Shown piece after piece: positions 47,656-57,578 of a stretch of 64,000 bases of DNA. The position numbers were made by a program, and so were the translations under genes. Below the pieces are notes generated by a model. It did not search any database and was not told the origin of the DNA. It saw nothing but the letters and a program-made list of their open reading frames with translations. The stretch spans positions 4,512,001-4,576,000 of the forward strand of contig OY760937.1 of assembly GCA_963664225.1 (NCBI GenBank), in the 5' to 3' direction. Within the stretch, counting starts at the first letter, position 1. Each line of letters begins with the position of its first letter. The DNA is from Verrucomicrobiia bacterium. Its GTDB lineage: Bacteria; Verrucomicrobiota; Verrucomicrobiia; Limisphaerales; UBA1319.

Positions 47656-48621
47656 TCAGGGTTGAGGCGGACGATTCTTTTTGTCCACCAGGCCCCGCAT
47701 GGTGGCAGCATCGTGGTGCTCATGCAGGTGACGGTTTTCGGCCTCGTATGGCTCGGTGTGGAGGGTGACTTCAGTGTTTGGAAAACGGGCGCGAATGCGG
47801 TCTTCCATTTCCTCGGTCAAATCATGGGCCTGGGGCAGGGAGAGGGTGTCATCGAGCAGGATATGCGCATCGATATAACGGAAAGAGCCGGATTTTCGGG
47901 TGCGCAGTTTGTGATATCCGAAAACGCGCTGTTCAAGATCGAGAATCTCCTTGATGGCATCGACATCTGAAGAGGGCAGTTGGGTATCCATGAGGGTTTC
48001 AATCGCAGCCATTGTAAGCCGCCAGGCAGCGTGAAAAATCATCATGGCCACCAAGATGGCAACGATGGGATCCAACAGGTAATAACCGGTCAAACGCGCC
48101 AGCGCCAAGCCGATTAAAACTCCGAGAGAAGTATAAACGTCCGTGCGCAGATGCTCGGCATCCGCTTCCAAGGCCAGGGAATCCGTTTTTTTGGCGACTC
48201 GGAAAAGGTAGCGGGCGATGAAAAAATTCATTGTCACTGAAATGGCCATAACCCCGATGCCCAGATCCAGCCGTTGCGGTGTGGTGTGATGAATGATTTT
48301 TTGAATGGCCTCGTAGATGATGTAAATGGCGGCGGCGAAAATCAGAAATGCCTCTGCCATTCCCGAGAGGCTCTCGACCTTTCCGTGGCCGTAGGGATGT
48401 TTGTCGTCGGCGGGCAGGTCGGATTGGCGTACGGAAAAATAAGCGATCCACGAAGCCATCAGATCCGATGCGGAATGAACCGCCTCGGAAAGAACGCTAA
48501 CCGAACCGGTGATCAAGCCGATCCCCAGCTTTAACACGGTTAGCGCCGTATTGGAAAAAATGGAAAATCGGGCGGCCTTGATTTTTTCGCGGCTGGCTGT
48601 GGCGAGGTTTTCTGACACCAT
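47656..48621 (-). CDS. cation diffusion facilitator (FieF-like)
   Basis: SEAVHSASD, HPYGHGKVE, HLRTD, RTRKSG, His-rich tail. Confidence 0.92.
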   Translation of the reverse strand: MVSENLATASREKIKAARFSIFSNTALTVLKLGIGLITGSVSVLSEAVHSASDLMASWIAYFSVRQSDLPADDKHPYGHGKVESLSGMAEAFLIFAAAIYIIYEAIQKIIHHTTPQRLDLGIGVMAISVTMNFFIARYLFRVAKKTDSLALEADAEHLRTDVYTSLGVLIGLALARLTGYYLLDPIVAILVAMMIFHAAWRLTMAAIETLMDTQLPSSDVDAIKEILDLEQRVFGYHKLRTRKSGSFRYIDAHILLDDTLSLPQAHDLTEEMEDRIRARFPNTEVTLHTEPYEAENRHLHEHHDAATMRGLVDKKNRPPQP

Positions 48622-48831
48622 TGTTGTTTTATGTTAGGTCTTCCTGGGAACAAATCCCACAGGGCGTTTTTGCTACAAGTTCCTTGAATCCACATCGTCC
48701 GTTGACCGCATCATTCGACCGTGCGCGAATGAATGAAACCTAGCGTCTGCAAGGGTTCAGGCAAGCACTAAGATCGGTTTGCGGCGGATCTTTTGAAAAT
48801 ACCGCGGGGGAATTATAAAAGCATATTCGAC

Positions 48832-48866
48832 AAAAAATCCCCCGTGCGAATGGCACAGGGGATTTT
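48832..48866 (-). terminator. Rho-independent terminator of the 48893-50221 gene
   Basis: AAAATCCCC-CGTGC...GCAC-AGGGGATTTT hairpin, with a T run on the minus strand. Confidence 0.75.
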
Positions 48867-48892
48867 GTGAAAAGGACTGGGCAATTCGAAGA

Positions 48893-50221
48893 TTACTCGA
48901 ATTTGTAAGTGCCGGGAATGGCGACCGGGGGAACGGGCAAGGGCCCGAACTCGTACTTGGCGGGCGAGAGATCCATCTTGGACTCCATCGCGCTATCCCA
49001 ATCGATGATCTTGCCACTGTAGGCGGATTCGCGACCCATGATGGCGCCGAGATTACTTTCGGCAATCTGCTGCGCTTCATTCAGAGGCTGGCCGGCGCGG
49101 ATGCTTTCGATGAGATCGACGTGTTCCTGCTCATACGGATTGCGGAACTTGCCGGAGAAACGGAAGGGGGTCTTGGCCGTGATCGTGTTCATGCAGTTGC
49201 TCACGCCTTCGGTGCCGACAACCGCTTCGCCGATCTGATCTGAACAATTATCCGTCTGACGGCACATGCTCAGCATGCGAACGCCGCCCGGGTATTCATA
49301 CTCGACGCAGAAGTGGTCGTAAATATGGCCAAACTCCTTGCCGAAGCGCGCGGCCTGGCCACCCATGCCGTAAGCTTTGATGGGGTGCGCCTGCATGGCC
49401 CAATTGATGACATCGAGGTTGTGCAAGTGCTGCTCGACAATGATATCGCCGGAGAGCCAGGTGAAATAGATCCAGTTGCGCAACTGCCACTCCATGTCAG
49501 TCCACTCGGTCTTGCGCGTCTCATGCTGGGTGTGAGAGGCCTGGTTCCAGTAGGCGCGCGCCGAGGTGATCTTGCCGATGGCGCCGTCGTGAATGCGTTT
49601 GATGGTTTCGACGTATTGTTTTTGATGGCGGCGCTGGGTGCCGGCGACGATGCCCAGGTTTTTCTTCTTCGCCATTTCGCCGGATTCAATGATCGAGCGG
49701 CAGCCCGAGCTGTCAACGGCCACCGGCTTTTCGATAAAGCAGTTCTTGCCCGCTTCGACTGCGGCGCGGAGATGCTGGGCGCGGAAGTGGGGTGGCGTGG
49801 TCAGGATGACGTAATTAATGTCAGGGACTGCGAGGAGTTTCTTATAGGAGTCCCAGCCCGAGAAACACATGGAAGGATCGAGCTTGATGCTGACGTCCTG
49901 CATGTCTTTGCTCTCGGTGCCCTGGGCCCAAGCCGCATTGCCCTTGAGTCCGGCCTCGAATTCTTTTTTCGCCGCCTCGACCTTTTCGGGGAACAAGTCG
50001 GCAATGGCGACCAGTTTGACATTCGGCGCCGCTGCCATGGCATTACCCACAGCGCCCTTGCCACGTCCACCGCAGCCAATCAATCCCACGCGAATCGGAT
50101 CGTCCGGCGCGGCATGGCCGGTGATGATGTAGGGAGCGGCGGCGGCACTGGCCATGACCAGCGATGAGGTTTTTATAAACTGACGTCGGGAAACGTCGAT
50201 TTGAGACTTCTGCATACTCAT
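48893..50221 (-). CDS. Tat-exported Gfo/Idh/MocA oxidoreductase (close paralogue of 39690-40955)
   Basis: SRRQFIK, GLIGCGGRG, TPPHFR, EKP, GTQRR, EQHLHNLD. Confidence 0.93.
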   Translation of the reverse strand: MSMQKSQIDVSRRQFIKTSSLVMASAAAAPYIITGHAAPDDPIRVGLIGCGGRGKGAVGNAMAAAPNVKLVAIADLFPEKVEAAKKEFEAGLKGNAAWAQGTESKDMQDVSIKLDPSMCFSGWDSYKKLLAVPDINYVILTTPPHFRAQHLRAAVEAGKNCFIEKPVAVDSSGCRSIIESGEMAKKKNLGIVAGTQRRHQKQYVETIKRIHDGAIGKITSARAYWNQASHTQHETRKTEWTDMEWQLRNWIYFTWLSGDIIVEQHLHNLDVINWAMQAHPIKAYGMGGQAARFGKEFGHIYDHFCVEYEYPGGVRMLSMCRQTDNCSDQIGEAVVGTEGVSNCMNTITAKTPFRFSGKFRNPYEQEHVDLIESIRAGQPLNEAQQIAESNLGAIMGRESAYSGKIIDWDSAMESKMDLSPAKYEFGPLPVPPVAIPGTYKFE

Positions 50222-50764
50222 GTAATTATTTGGCTTATGGTGTTAATCGTTTCCAGTTTTCGCTTATTGGACGATCAAACGTGGTTAACAAATTCATATT
50301 GGAGATAAATTACGGAAAATGGAAATGAAATAATTCAGGTCGCAACGGTTTTAAAAAATGCGTATCCAATTGCAGCACAATACAGTGTGATAAATTCAAC
50401 AGAGAGCATGCAGCGATCACCAAGCTTTATTTTGATTCTTCCGGCCTGAAACAGGATTCGAGACTGCTTTGTGGTGACGCATTTACAGTGCTGCCATACA
50501 GGGAGCCAATTGGCTGTGTTTGCAAGGTATCCTGCAGAATGATCAAGGGGGGAATTGGCACTTTCTTATCGTCATGGACGGGGTTTGAGGTCATATAAAT
50601 GGGCATGCAGAATTCGGGATTATCCGGTTTGTCCGTGTTTGAAAAAAGTGCCGAGGTGGTCGTGGCCGGGCAGGCTGAAGCTGTTCTGGAATGGCCGGAT
50701 GCGGCGCGCATTCCGATTGTGCCTCTGCCTGATTTCTGACGGCCACTGGCACAGGAGTAATCGC

Positions 50765-51592
50765 ATGTTGCATATCCAAACTCTCGGGACGCTTGATTTG
50801 CCGGAATTAGAGCCGTACCGGACGATGAAGCGGCAGCAGGAACATCGGGACCGCCAAATATTCGTGGCGGAGGGCGAGAAGGTGGTGCGTCGTCTTTTGG
50901 AGAGCCAGTTTTTGGTGGAATCCATCATTCTGCCGCAAAATTGGCTTGAGGCGTTGCGACCATTGTTGGACGCGCGAAAGGAAGAGGTGCGGGTTTATCT
51001 GGCGGATCGGGATTTTTTGGAAAAGCTCGTTGGATTCACCATGTATCAAGGCTTGCTTGCGGTGGGCAAGGTGCCGCGAGCCATTACGCTGGATGGTTTG
51101 CTGGAGGGGAGTCGCCGCCCAATGCTTTTCGCTGCGGCTGAGGGAATTCACGACGCCTTGAACATGGGGGCGCTGGTGCGTAATTGTGCGGCGTTTGGCG
51201 CGCAGGGCCTGATCGTGGGCGAAACCTCGAGCAGCCCGTTTTTGCGACGGGCGGTTCGCAACTCGATGGGCGCGATTTTTACGACGCCCATTCTGGAGGT
51301 TGAGAATTTGGCGCAGACATTGCTGGCCATGCGCAAACGGGGTGTACGGTGTCTGGCGGCCCACCCACATGCGGGTCAGCGCATGTTGCCCCAGGCCGAT
51401 TTCAGCGGCGACTGCTGCGTTGTTTTTGGCAACGAAGGAAATGGATTGACGACGGCGGTGCTGGAGGCCTGCGACGAACCGGTGGCTGTGCCGATGCAGA
51501 ACGGTGTCGATTCCCTGAACGTGGGCAGTGCCGGCGCGGTTTTTTTATATGAAGCGGCACGGCAGCGCGGATTGGCCGGGGCTTTGATATGA
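50765..51592 (+). CDS. TrmH/SpoU-family RNA methyltransferase
   Basis: FVAEG, NMGALVR, FGNEGNGL, VPM...DSLNV SPOUT motifs. Confidence 0.92.
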   Translation: MLHIQTLGTLDLPELEPYRTMKRQQEHRDRQIFVAEGEKVVRRLLESQFLVESIILPQNWLEALRPLLDARKEEVRVYLADRDFLEKLVGFTMYQGLLAVGKVPRAITLDGLLEGSRRPMLFAAAEGIHDALNMGALVRNCAAFGAQGLIVGETSSSPFLRRAVRNSMGAIFTTPILEVENLAQTLLAMRKRGVRCLAAHPHAGQRMLPQADFSGDCCVVFGNEGNGLTTAVLEACDEPVAVPMQNGVDSLNVGSAGAVFLYEAARQRGLAGALI

Positions 51593-51673
51593 AGCGGCGG
51601 AGCCTTATGATTTTTGCAAAAGCGTACAGGCACCCATTTGCCGCGCGCGGAACGAACTTTATTATTTTTTAAC

Positions 51674-52384
51674 ATGCTTTCACTTGTTGCCACGCCGATT
51701 GGAAATCTGGAGGACATCACTCTGCGCGCGCTGCGCATTCTCAAGGAATGTGATGTAGTGGCTGCGGAGGATACGCGCCGCACCGGCCAGTTGCTCCACC
51801 ATTTTGGAATATCCAAACCGATGATCAGCTACTTCCGCTTCAACGAGGCCCGGCGAAGCGAGGAGATACTGGAACGCCTCGGACGGGGTGAAAAGGTGGT
51901 GCTGGTGACGGATGCCGGCACACCGGGCATCAGCGATCCGGGCCAGCGGGTGGTGGAGGCGGCGATTCAACGCGGGTATGCAGTGGAGTCGATTCCAGGG
52001 CCATGCGCCCTAGTTGCGGCATTGACCGCCAGTGGCCTGCCAACCGACGAATTTCATTTCATCGGTTTCTTGCCCCGTAAACCCGGACAGCGGCGCAAAC
52101 GATTGGAAGCGGTATCGAACTCTGGAGGCACGTTGGTGATTTATGAGTCGCCCTGGCGTGTGGGTAAGATTCTGGAGGAAATCAACGCGCTATGGCCGCA
52201 ACGCAAGGTGGTGTTGGCGCGTGAAATCACGAAGAAATTCGAGGAGTACCTGCGCGGCACCGCTGCGGAGTTGCTCCTGCTGCTTCCAACACGAGTCGTG
52301 AAAGGGGAATTTGTCGTTTTGGTGGGGCCGCTTGAGGAGCCTGAAACCAAAGAAGTTGACGAGGAAGATGAAATTCCTCATTAG
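51674..52384 (+). CDS. rsmI: 16S rRNA C1402 2'-O-methyltransferase
   Basis: VATPIGNLEDITLRA, AEDTR, DAGTPGISDPG, YESP, REITKKFEE. Confidence 0.96.
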   Translation: MLSLVATPIGNLEDITLRALRILKECDVVAAEDTRRTGQLLHHFGISKPMISYFRFNEARRSEEILERLGRGEKVVLVTDAGTPGISDPGQRVVEAAIQRGYAVESIPGPCALVAALTASGLPTDEFHFIGFLPRKPGQRRKRLEAVSNSGGTLVIYESPWRVGKILEEINALWPQRKVVLAREITKKFEEYLRGTAAELLLLLPTRVVKGEFVVLVGPLEEPETKEVDEEDEIPH

Positions 52385-52393
52385 AATAACACG

Positions 52394-53116
52394 ATGAAAA
52401 GATACTTCGGGTTTCGTGTCAGCGCATGGTTTGCCGTGCTGTTGGCTGCAATACTGCTGGCGGGCAAATGCCAATCAGCCGATCCTCAGACCAGCGGCGC
52501 ACCGACCAATGCTCTCTCCACCAATGCCCTGTCCAAATGGGAGCCAGAGATTCAGACGTTCGAGCAAATGGACAAGACGAATCAGCCGCCCGAGGCCGCA
52601 GTGTTGTTCCTGGGCAGCTCCAGCATTCGGATGTGGAAGACACTGGCGGAGGACATGGAAGGGATCAAGACCGTCCGGCGTGGTTTTGGCGGATCGCGGA
52701 TTGCTGACAGCACCGAATTGGCCGAACGGATTGTATTTCCTTACAAACCGCGGATGATCGTTTTTTACGCCGGGGATAATGACATCGCCGCCAAGGCGAC
52801 CCCGGATCAGGTATTGGCCGATTTTAAGGCTTTTGTGCAAAAGGTTCATAAGCATTTCCCGAATCTTCCGATTGCCTTTGTTTCCATCAAACCGAGCATG
52901 GCCCGTTGGGAGCGAATCGATCAGATTCGGGTTTCGAACGCCCTGGTGCGGCATTACTGCGAATCCGATCACAGCTTGAAATACATCGATGTATTTACGC
53001 TGATGCTTGGATGTGATGGAAAGCCACTCCCGGAGTTGTTTGAGAGCGACTTGTTACATTTGAACCGTGCGGGTTATAAACTCTGGACGCGCATCATCCG
53101 TCCGCAGTTGGAGTAA
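52394..53116 (+). CDS. secreted SGNH/GDSL hydrolase
   Basis: Signal peptide. GSSSI, RGFGGS, YAGDND, DLLHLN..GY. Confidence 0.9.
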   Translation: MKRYFGFRVSAWFAVLLAAILLAGKCQSADPQTSGAPTNALSTNALSKWEPEIQTFEQMDKTNQPPEAAVLFLGSSSIRMWKTLAEDMEGIKTVRRGFGGSRIADSTELAERIVFPYKPRMIVFYAGDNDIAAKATPDQVLADFKAFVQKVHKHFPNLPIAFVSIKPSMARWERIDQIRVSNALVRHYCESDHSLKYIDVFTLMLGCDGKPLPELFESDLLHLNRAGYKLWTRIIRPQLE

Positions 53117-53187
53117 ACCCCAATGCCGGTAATGCGATGGGCTTTCCGCAACGCTGACTGTAAGCGTCGCCGGATTTGCCCGTGAAC

Positions 53188-54162
53188 TCAAAAGAGACCG
53201 TTGGCCATCACGCCCATGATGCTCAGAGGACCCTGGTCTTCGAGACCTTCGGTTGCCTTGTCCAGTTTCTGCAGGGTCATGCGGGCGTTTTTATAGAGGG
53301 ACTCGTCGTTAATGAGTTTGCCGACGGAACCTTGCCCTCGATTAACTTTCTCAAAGATTTCCCGCAGATTGGTCATGGCGGTGGTGGTTTCCTTGTAGAG
53401 GGCTTCGTCCTTGGTGAGTTTGCCCAAGGTGCCTTTGCCGGCGTTAATGTCGTTCATGACCACCTTCGCCTCGCTGACGATGCTTTTGATATCAGTGGCG
53501 GTGTCGTTGAAATTGGTGACCGTGCTCAAGGCGGAATTATAGAGTGCGTCGTCATTGATGAGTTTGCCAACAGTGCCTTTGCCTTGGGCAACCTGCGCGG
53601 TAATGGTTTCAATGTTGGTGATGGTGGACGAGAGTTTGTCCTTGTTGTCCTTGATGAAATCGGTGATCGGCCCGAGCATGTTGCCGAGACCATCGCCGCT
53701 GAATTGTTTGGACATGCCTTCAACGCCGGAAGCCACCTTGTCGATTCGAGCCATCAGGGCGCTGAGGTCGGTTTGTTCGATGGTTGACAGTTCCGCGCCG
53801 GTGGAGATGAGGGGTGAATTGGAAGAGCCAAAATCGACGGACACATAATTCTGGCCCATAAGACCGGCAAACTTGATGGTGGCCTTGCTGTCTGTATGGA
53901 TGGCGGCGTCACTTCGATTGATTTTCATGAAAACTTCCACCCTGTCCCCGGCAATGCCGATGCGTTCCACGCGTCCGATTTGCACGCCGGCCATTTTGAC
54001 GGGATCTCCCTGTTTAAGCTCGAGCACGTTATTGAAACGGGCGTGAATGTAGGTGCCGTGTTTTAAGAATTCCAGGCCGCCGATCATTTCAATGATGATT
54101 ATCGCGGCCACAAGGGCCAGAGCAAAGAAAATGCCCAGCCGGGTTTCCAAGGTGTTTTTCAT
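53188..54162 (-). CDS. mlaD: MCE-family protein MlaD with a long helical extension
   Basis: N-terminal TM, GDPVKMAGVQIGRV, GLMGQNYV. Repeated GxGT/SxGKL..D..LY. Confidence 0.9.
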   Translation of the reverse strand: MKNTLETRLGIFFALALVAAIIIIEMIGGLEFLKHGTYIHARFNNVLELKQGDPVKMAGVQIGRVERIGIAGDRVEVFMKINRSDAAIHTDSKATIKFAGLMGQNYVSVDFGSSNSPLISTGAELSTIEQTDLSALMARIDKVASGVEGMSKQFSGDGLGNMLGPITDFIKDNKDKLSSTITNIETITAQVAQGKGTVGKLINDDALYNSALSTVTNFNDTATDIKSIVSEAKVVMNDINAGKGTLGKLTKDEALYKETTTAMTNLREIFEKVNRGQGSVGKLINDESLYKNARMTLQKLDKATEGLEDQGPLSIMGVMANGLF

Positions 54163-54953
54163 GGCGTTTGCCTTTCGATCTGTGAGTTCAAATTGTGATT
54201 GCTGCTGTATTCGGCTTTTAAGAATTTTTGAATCAAGGGATTAGTGCTGGCTTTGATTTCCTCCGGAGTGCCGATGGCCAGGATTCGACCATCGCTAATC
54301 ATGCCGATCCGGCTGGCGATGCCAAATCCCAGTTCGCGATCATGGGTGACGACGACAGAGGTGACGCCGGTGCGGCGGTTAAGCCGGAGAATTTCCTCGG
54401 CGATGGTGATGGCGATCATCGGGTCGAGTTCGCTTGTGGGCTCATCGTATAAAATGAGTTGGGGGTCGGCGACGAGCGCCCTTGCGATGGCCACGCGTTT
54501 TTTCATGCCTCCTGAGAGTTCCGCCGGAAGTTTATTTTCGACGCCCTGGAGGCCAACGATGGCGAGTTTTTCGGCGACGATGCGGGCGATTTCACCAGCC
54601 GGCTTCAACCGGTGCTCGGTGAGGTAAAGGCTGACGTTCTCACCGACTGTCAGGGAGTTGAAAAGGGCGCCGGATTGAAAAACCATGGCCAGGCGAAAGC
54701 GGTTGGCCACATCCTCGCCGTCGAGAATGGATTTGCCTTCGATGAGGATGTCGCCCGAATCAGGGCGTTCGAGGCCGATCATGTGCTTGAGCAGGACGCT
54801 TTTGCCGCTGCCGCTGGGGCCCATGATGACGAAGATTTCACCGGCCTTGATGTCGAGGTCCACGCCTTTGAGAGCGGCCTGGCCGGCGTAGGATTTATGC
54901 AAGCCGCGCACTTCGACGCGAACGCCGGGTTGAACTGTGGGGTTGGCGCTCAT
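54159..54953 (-). CDS. mlaF: ABC ATPase MlaF/Mkl
   Basis: GPSGSGKS, FQSGALF, LSGGMKKRVAIAR, YDEPT. Confidence 0.93.
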   Translation of the reverse strand: MSANPTVQPGVRVEVRGLHKSYAGQAALKGVDLDIKAGEIFVIMGPSGSGKSVLLKHMIGLERPDSGDILIEGKSILDGEDVANRFRLAMVFQSGALFNSLTVGENVSLYLTEHRLKPAGEIARIVAEKLAIVGLQGVENKLPAELSGGMKKRVAIARALVADPQLILYDEPTSELDPMIAITIAEEILRLNRRTGVTSVVVTHDRELGFGIASRIGMISDGRILAIGTPEEIKASTNPLIQKFLKAEYSSNHNLNSQIERQTP

Positions 54954-55696
54954 TTTTGGAAAAACATAAGGACGCGTGTCAGGAAATAATCGAGAACCAG
55001 AATTAGAACGATGGAGTTAACGACGGCCTTGGTGACGGAGCGTCCGATGCCGCGCGGGCCGCCGATGGTTTGCAGACCCTGGTGGCAGGAGACGGTCCCA
55101 ATGCAAATCGCAAAAACAAAACTCTTAATGAGGCCGTTGAAAATGTCCTTCAATTCCACCACATCGCGCAGGTTGTTAAAATAGCTTTGAACAGAGACGG
55201 CGATGTTCTGGTTGTATGCACAAACCAAGGCCCCGCCAGTCCAGCCGATGAGGATGGCAAACACGACGAGGACGGGCAGGGCAATGCAGATGGCGACCAG
55301 GCGTGGAAGCACCAGATAGTGAACCGGGTTGATATTCATGGTGCGCAGCGCGTCAATTTCCTGATAGACACTCATGGATCCGATTTCCGCCGCCATGGCC
55401 GATCCAATGCGTCCGGCAATCAGAATGGACATCATGACGGGCGCCAATTCCCTGGCCAGCGATAAGCCGACAATGCCGCCCAGCAGGCTGCCCAATCCGC
55501 GTTCCACCAGGACCGGACCGGTTTGCAGGGCGAGAACACCTCCGATGAATACTGACAGGACGCAGGCCATGAGGAGGCTTGCATTGCCGATTTCAAAAAG
55601 CTGCTCAAATACCTTGTGCCGATGCCGCCAGACCAATGGCAGTGATCGCATGGTGCGCCACAATAGTATGAGCATTTCCCCAACGTTTTGAAACAT
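54950..55696 (-). CDS. mlaE: ABC permease MlaE
   Basis: RELAPV, AGRIGSAMAAEIGSM, EIDAL, YLVLPR. Start placed at MFQNVG. Confidence 0.93.
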   Translation of the reverse strand: MFQNVGEMLILLWRTMRSLPLVWRHRHKVFEQLFEIGNASLLMACVLSVFIGGVLALQTGPVLVERGLGSLLGGIVGLSLARELAPVMMSILIAGRIGSAMAAEIGSMSVYQEIDALRTMNINPVHYLVLPRLVAICIALPVLVVFAILIGWTGGALVCAYNQNIAVSVQSYFNNLRDVVELKDIFNGLIKSFVFAICIGTVSCHQGLQTIGGPRGIGRSVTKAVVNSIVLILVLDYFLTRVLMFFQK

Positions 55697-55704
55697 ACAG
55701 GAAA

Positions 55705-57141
55705 TCAGTTTTTTTTCGGAGTTTGCACCGGGCCTTTGCCTTTGATCGGCGGTAAATATAATAGCCGCGTTTTCGATCCTTCTCCAGTGGATTCGTAGCG
55801 AACCAAGCCAAAGAGAAGGGAGAATTTCCTTCCCTCGGGCGCGTTTTGGCTGCGGTAGAGGTTCCACAGGAGCGACTGGCTGGAGACGCTGGTTTTGGCA
55901 TTTTTTTCTGAACGCCAGATCGACCAGACAGGCGAGTAATCGCGCTCGATGCTTTTGTTGTTTGGAATCAGTGGTTCCAGGATGGACAGGAGTTGAAGGC
56001 GTTCATTGCCCTCGCGATCACGGCGCGCGGTGAAAAGCGGCCAGAGATCGGTGCGCCGCAGGGCATTGGTCGCGCCGGGGGCTTTTTCCGTCACATCGGA
56101 GTAGAGGAAAAAGAAGACGCGCGAGCGTTCCCGCACCACGGCTTCGGAGGTGAATTTGTTGTATTTGTAGAGGGGCCAACAATAAAAATCGCTCTGCAGA
56201 TTGGTGTTGTAAACATGGCTGTAGAGCGGCCAGACGCGATTTGCGGTCTTGCCACCGCCGCGCGCAAACACGACCAACGGCCAGGGGGCATCCCATTCCC
56301 GATAATTCCTGGCCCGATCATCGGTGCTTGTAAAGAGCGGCCAGATGACAGTGGTGGAATCCCTTTGAGGGGACCGTTCCATCGAGTAAAGCGGAAGGAT
56401 GGATTGGAACTTTCTGGGGTTTTCGCCGCCAATGCCTGTTTTTTCACTCAGGTAAATGGGCCACAGAACAAAATCTTTTTCATGGCCAGGCACCATGACC
56501 ACGTCGTCGATGTTGTTGGTTTTGGAGGTGATACCCTTGGTTTCATGTCCAATGAATGGCCAAACCTGCCAGCCTTTCAAGGCATTACCATGGCGAACGT
56601 GCACGACCGGAAACAGGTAATTATCGGTGACGACATCCTGTTTCTGGGATTGAACGTAACAGGGGAGCAGGACAAAATGAATACGATCCCGCATGAGGCG
56701 GTGTTTCAGGGTGCCATAAATTGGCAGGACAGCTGTGTAGTTCTGATTGGTGTCTGTCGATCGTTGGGTGAAGACGATCGGGAACAGGGTGAACCGGTCC
56801 GTGGGTACCGCACGTTGATCCTTGCCGCCTGAGAAGCTAAAAAGCTGGAACCACTGGAATCGATATTCCGCCCCGAAGCGGTCATAAGTCAGGATGGGAT
56901 AGGCCACGTCAATCTCTTCCATGTCCAGGGAGGCATCCCGGGTGCGACTAACCAGTGGAGGCAAGGCCCATTGGCGTTGGGATTCTTTTTGTTCGGAATA
57001 GAACAGCGGGCCAAAAGCTTCCTGGCGATGGCCTGAGTCGAGCGTTAGCGAAAATTCCTGTGCAAAAGGTCCTGCTTCCAGTTCGTCGCCTTGGGCTGTC
57101 ATCATTCCTGCGTTTAGAGCAGACAGGAGAAATACGGCCAT
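55705..57141 (-). CDS. hypothetical exported, probably outer-membrane, protein with repeated aromatic (W/F/L)-P-(L/F/I) strands, first gene of the mla operon
   Basis: Signal-like segment and many GPLF, FPI, WPF, WPI, WPL units. Ends 8 bp before mlaE. Start uncertain (ORF extends to 57312). Confidence 0.75.
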   Translation of the reverse strand: MAVFLLSALNAGMMTAQGDELEAGPFAQEFSLTLDSGHRQEAFGPLFYSEQKESQRQWALPPLVSRTRDASLDMEEIDVAYPILTYDRFGAEYRFQWFQLFSFSGGKDQRAVPTDRFTLFPIVFTQRSTDTNQNYTAVLPIYGTLKHRLMRDRIHFVLLPCYVQSQKQDVVTDNYLFPVVHVRHGNALKGWQVWPFIGHETKGITSKTNNIDDVVMVPGHEKDFVLWPIYLSEKTGIGGENPRKFQSILPLYSMERSPQRDSTTVIWPLFTSTDDRARNYREWDAPWPLVVFARGGGKTANRVWPLYSHVYNTNLQSDFYCWPLYKYNKFTSEAVVRERSRVFFFLYSDVTEKAPGATNALRRTDLWPLFTARRDREGNERLQLLSILEPLIPNNKSIERDYSPVWSIWRSEKNAKTSVSSQSLLWNLYRSQNAPEGRKFSLLFGLVRYESTGEGSKTRLLYLPPIKGKGPVQTPKKN

Positions 57142-57578
57142 GACCGATGACTGGGCGGCTCGAAATCGGTAAAGCGCGCTAAGACACCCACTTTGCATGC
57201 GCCTTTCGATGGCGTTCAAAAGCAACATGGAAAACCGTCTCCACGACGTGGATACGCCGCAGCCAAAACCGGAACAAACATCCTGTAAAATGGAATCGAA
57301 GCGCTGCATCAATTCGGCAATATACTACGGCGTCTCATTTTGAGGCGTCAAGCACGGGAAAATGGCAGCTGATCGGATCGGGTGACACAAAATGCCGAGC
57401 AATACCTGATTTCGCGGCGTGAAACCTGCTCCATGCGTCTTGACATCTGTGATGGCGATAACGATGCTGCGCGCCAGCCTGATGGGAGCCGTTTCCGTGC
57501 GTTCCGGAAAGGCGCGGAATGGGAAGAAATGTTATAAGCAGATGCCTCATTTAATGGTGTGAGGGATAATTACAGGTC

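Noticed and set aside
50222..50764. ncRNA or small gene in the long intergenic region
   Set aside because: This is AT-rich, divergent promoter-like DNA with no recognisable RNA family or credible ORF.
57313..57578. yybP-ykoY (Mn2+) or fluoride riboswitch upstream of the GDT1 transporter
   Set aside because: Hairpins and a TTGACA are present, but I could not find the conserved riboswitch core motifs. An Rfam scan is needed.
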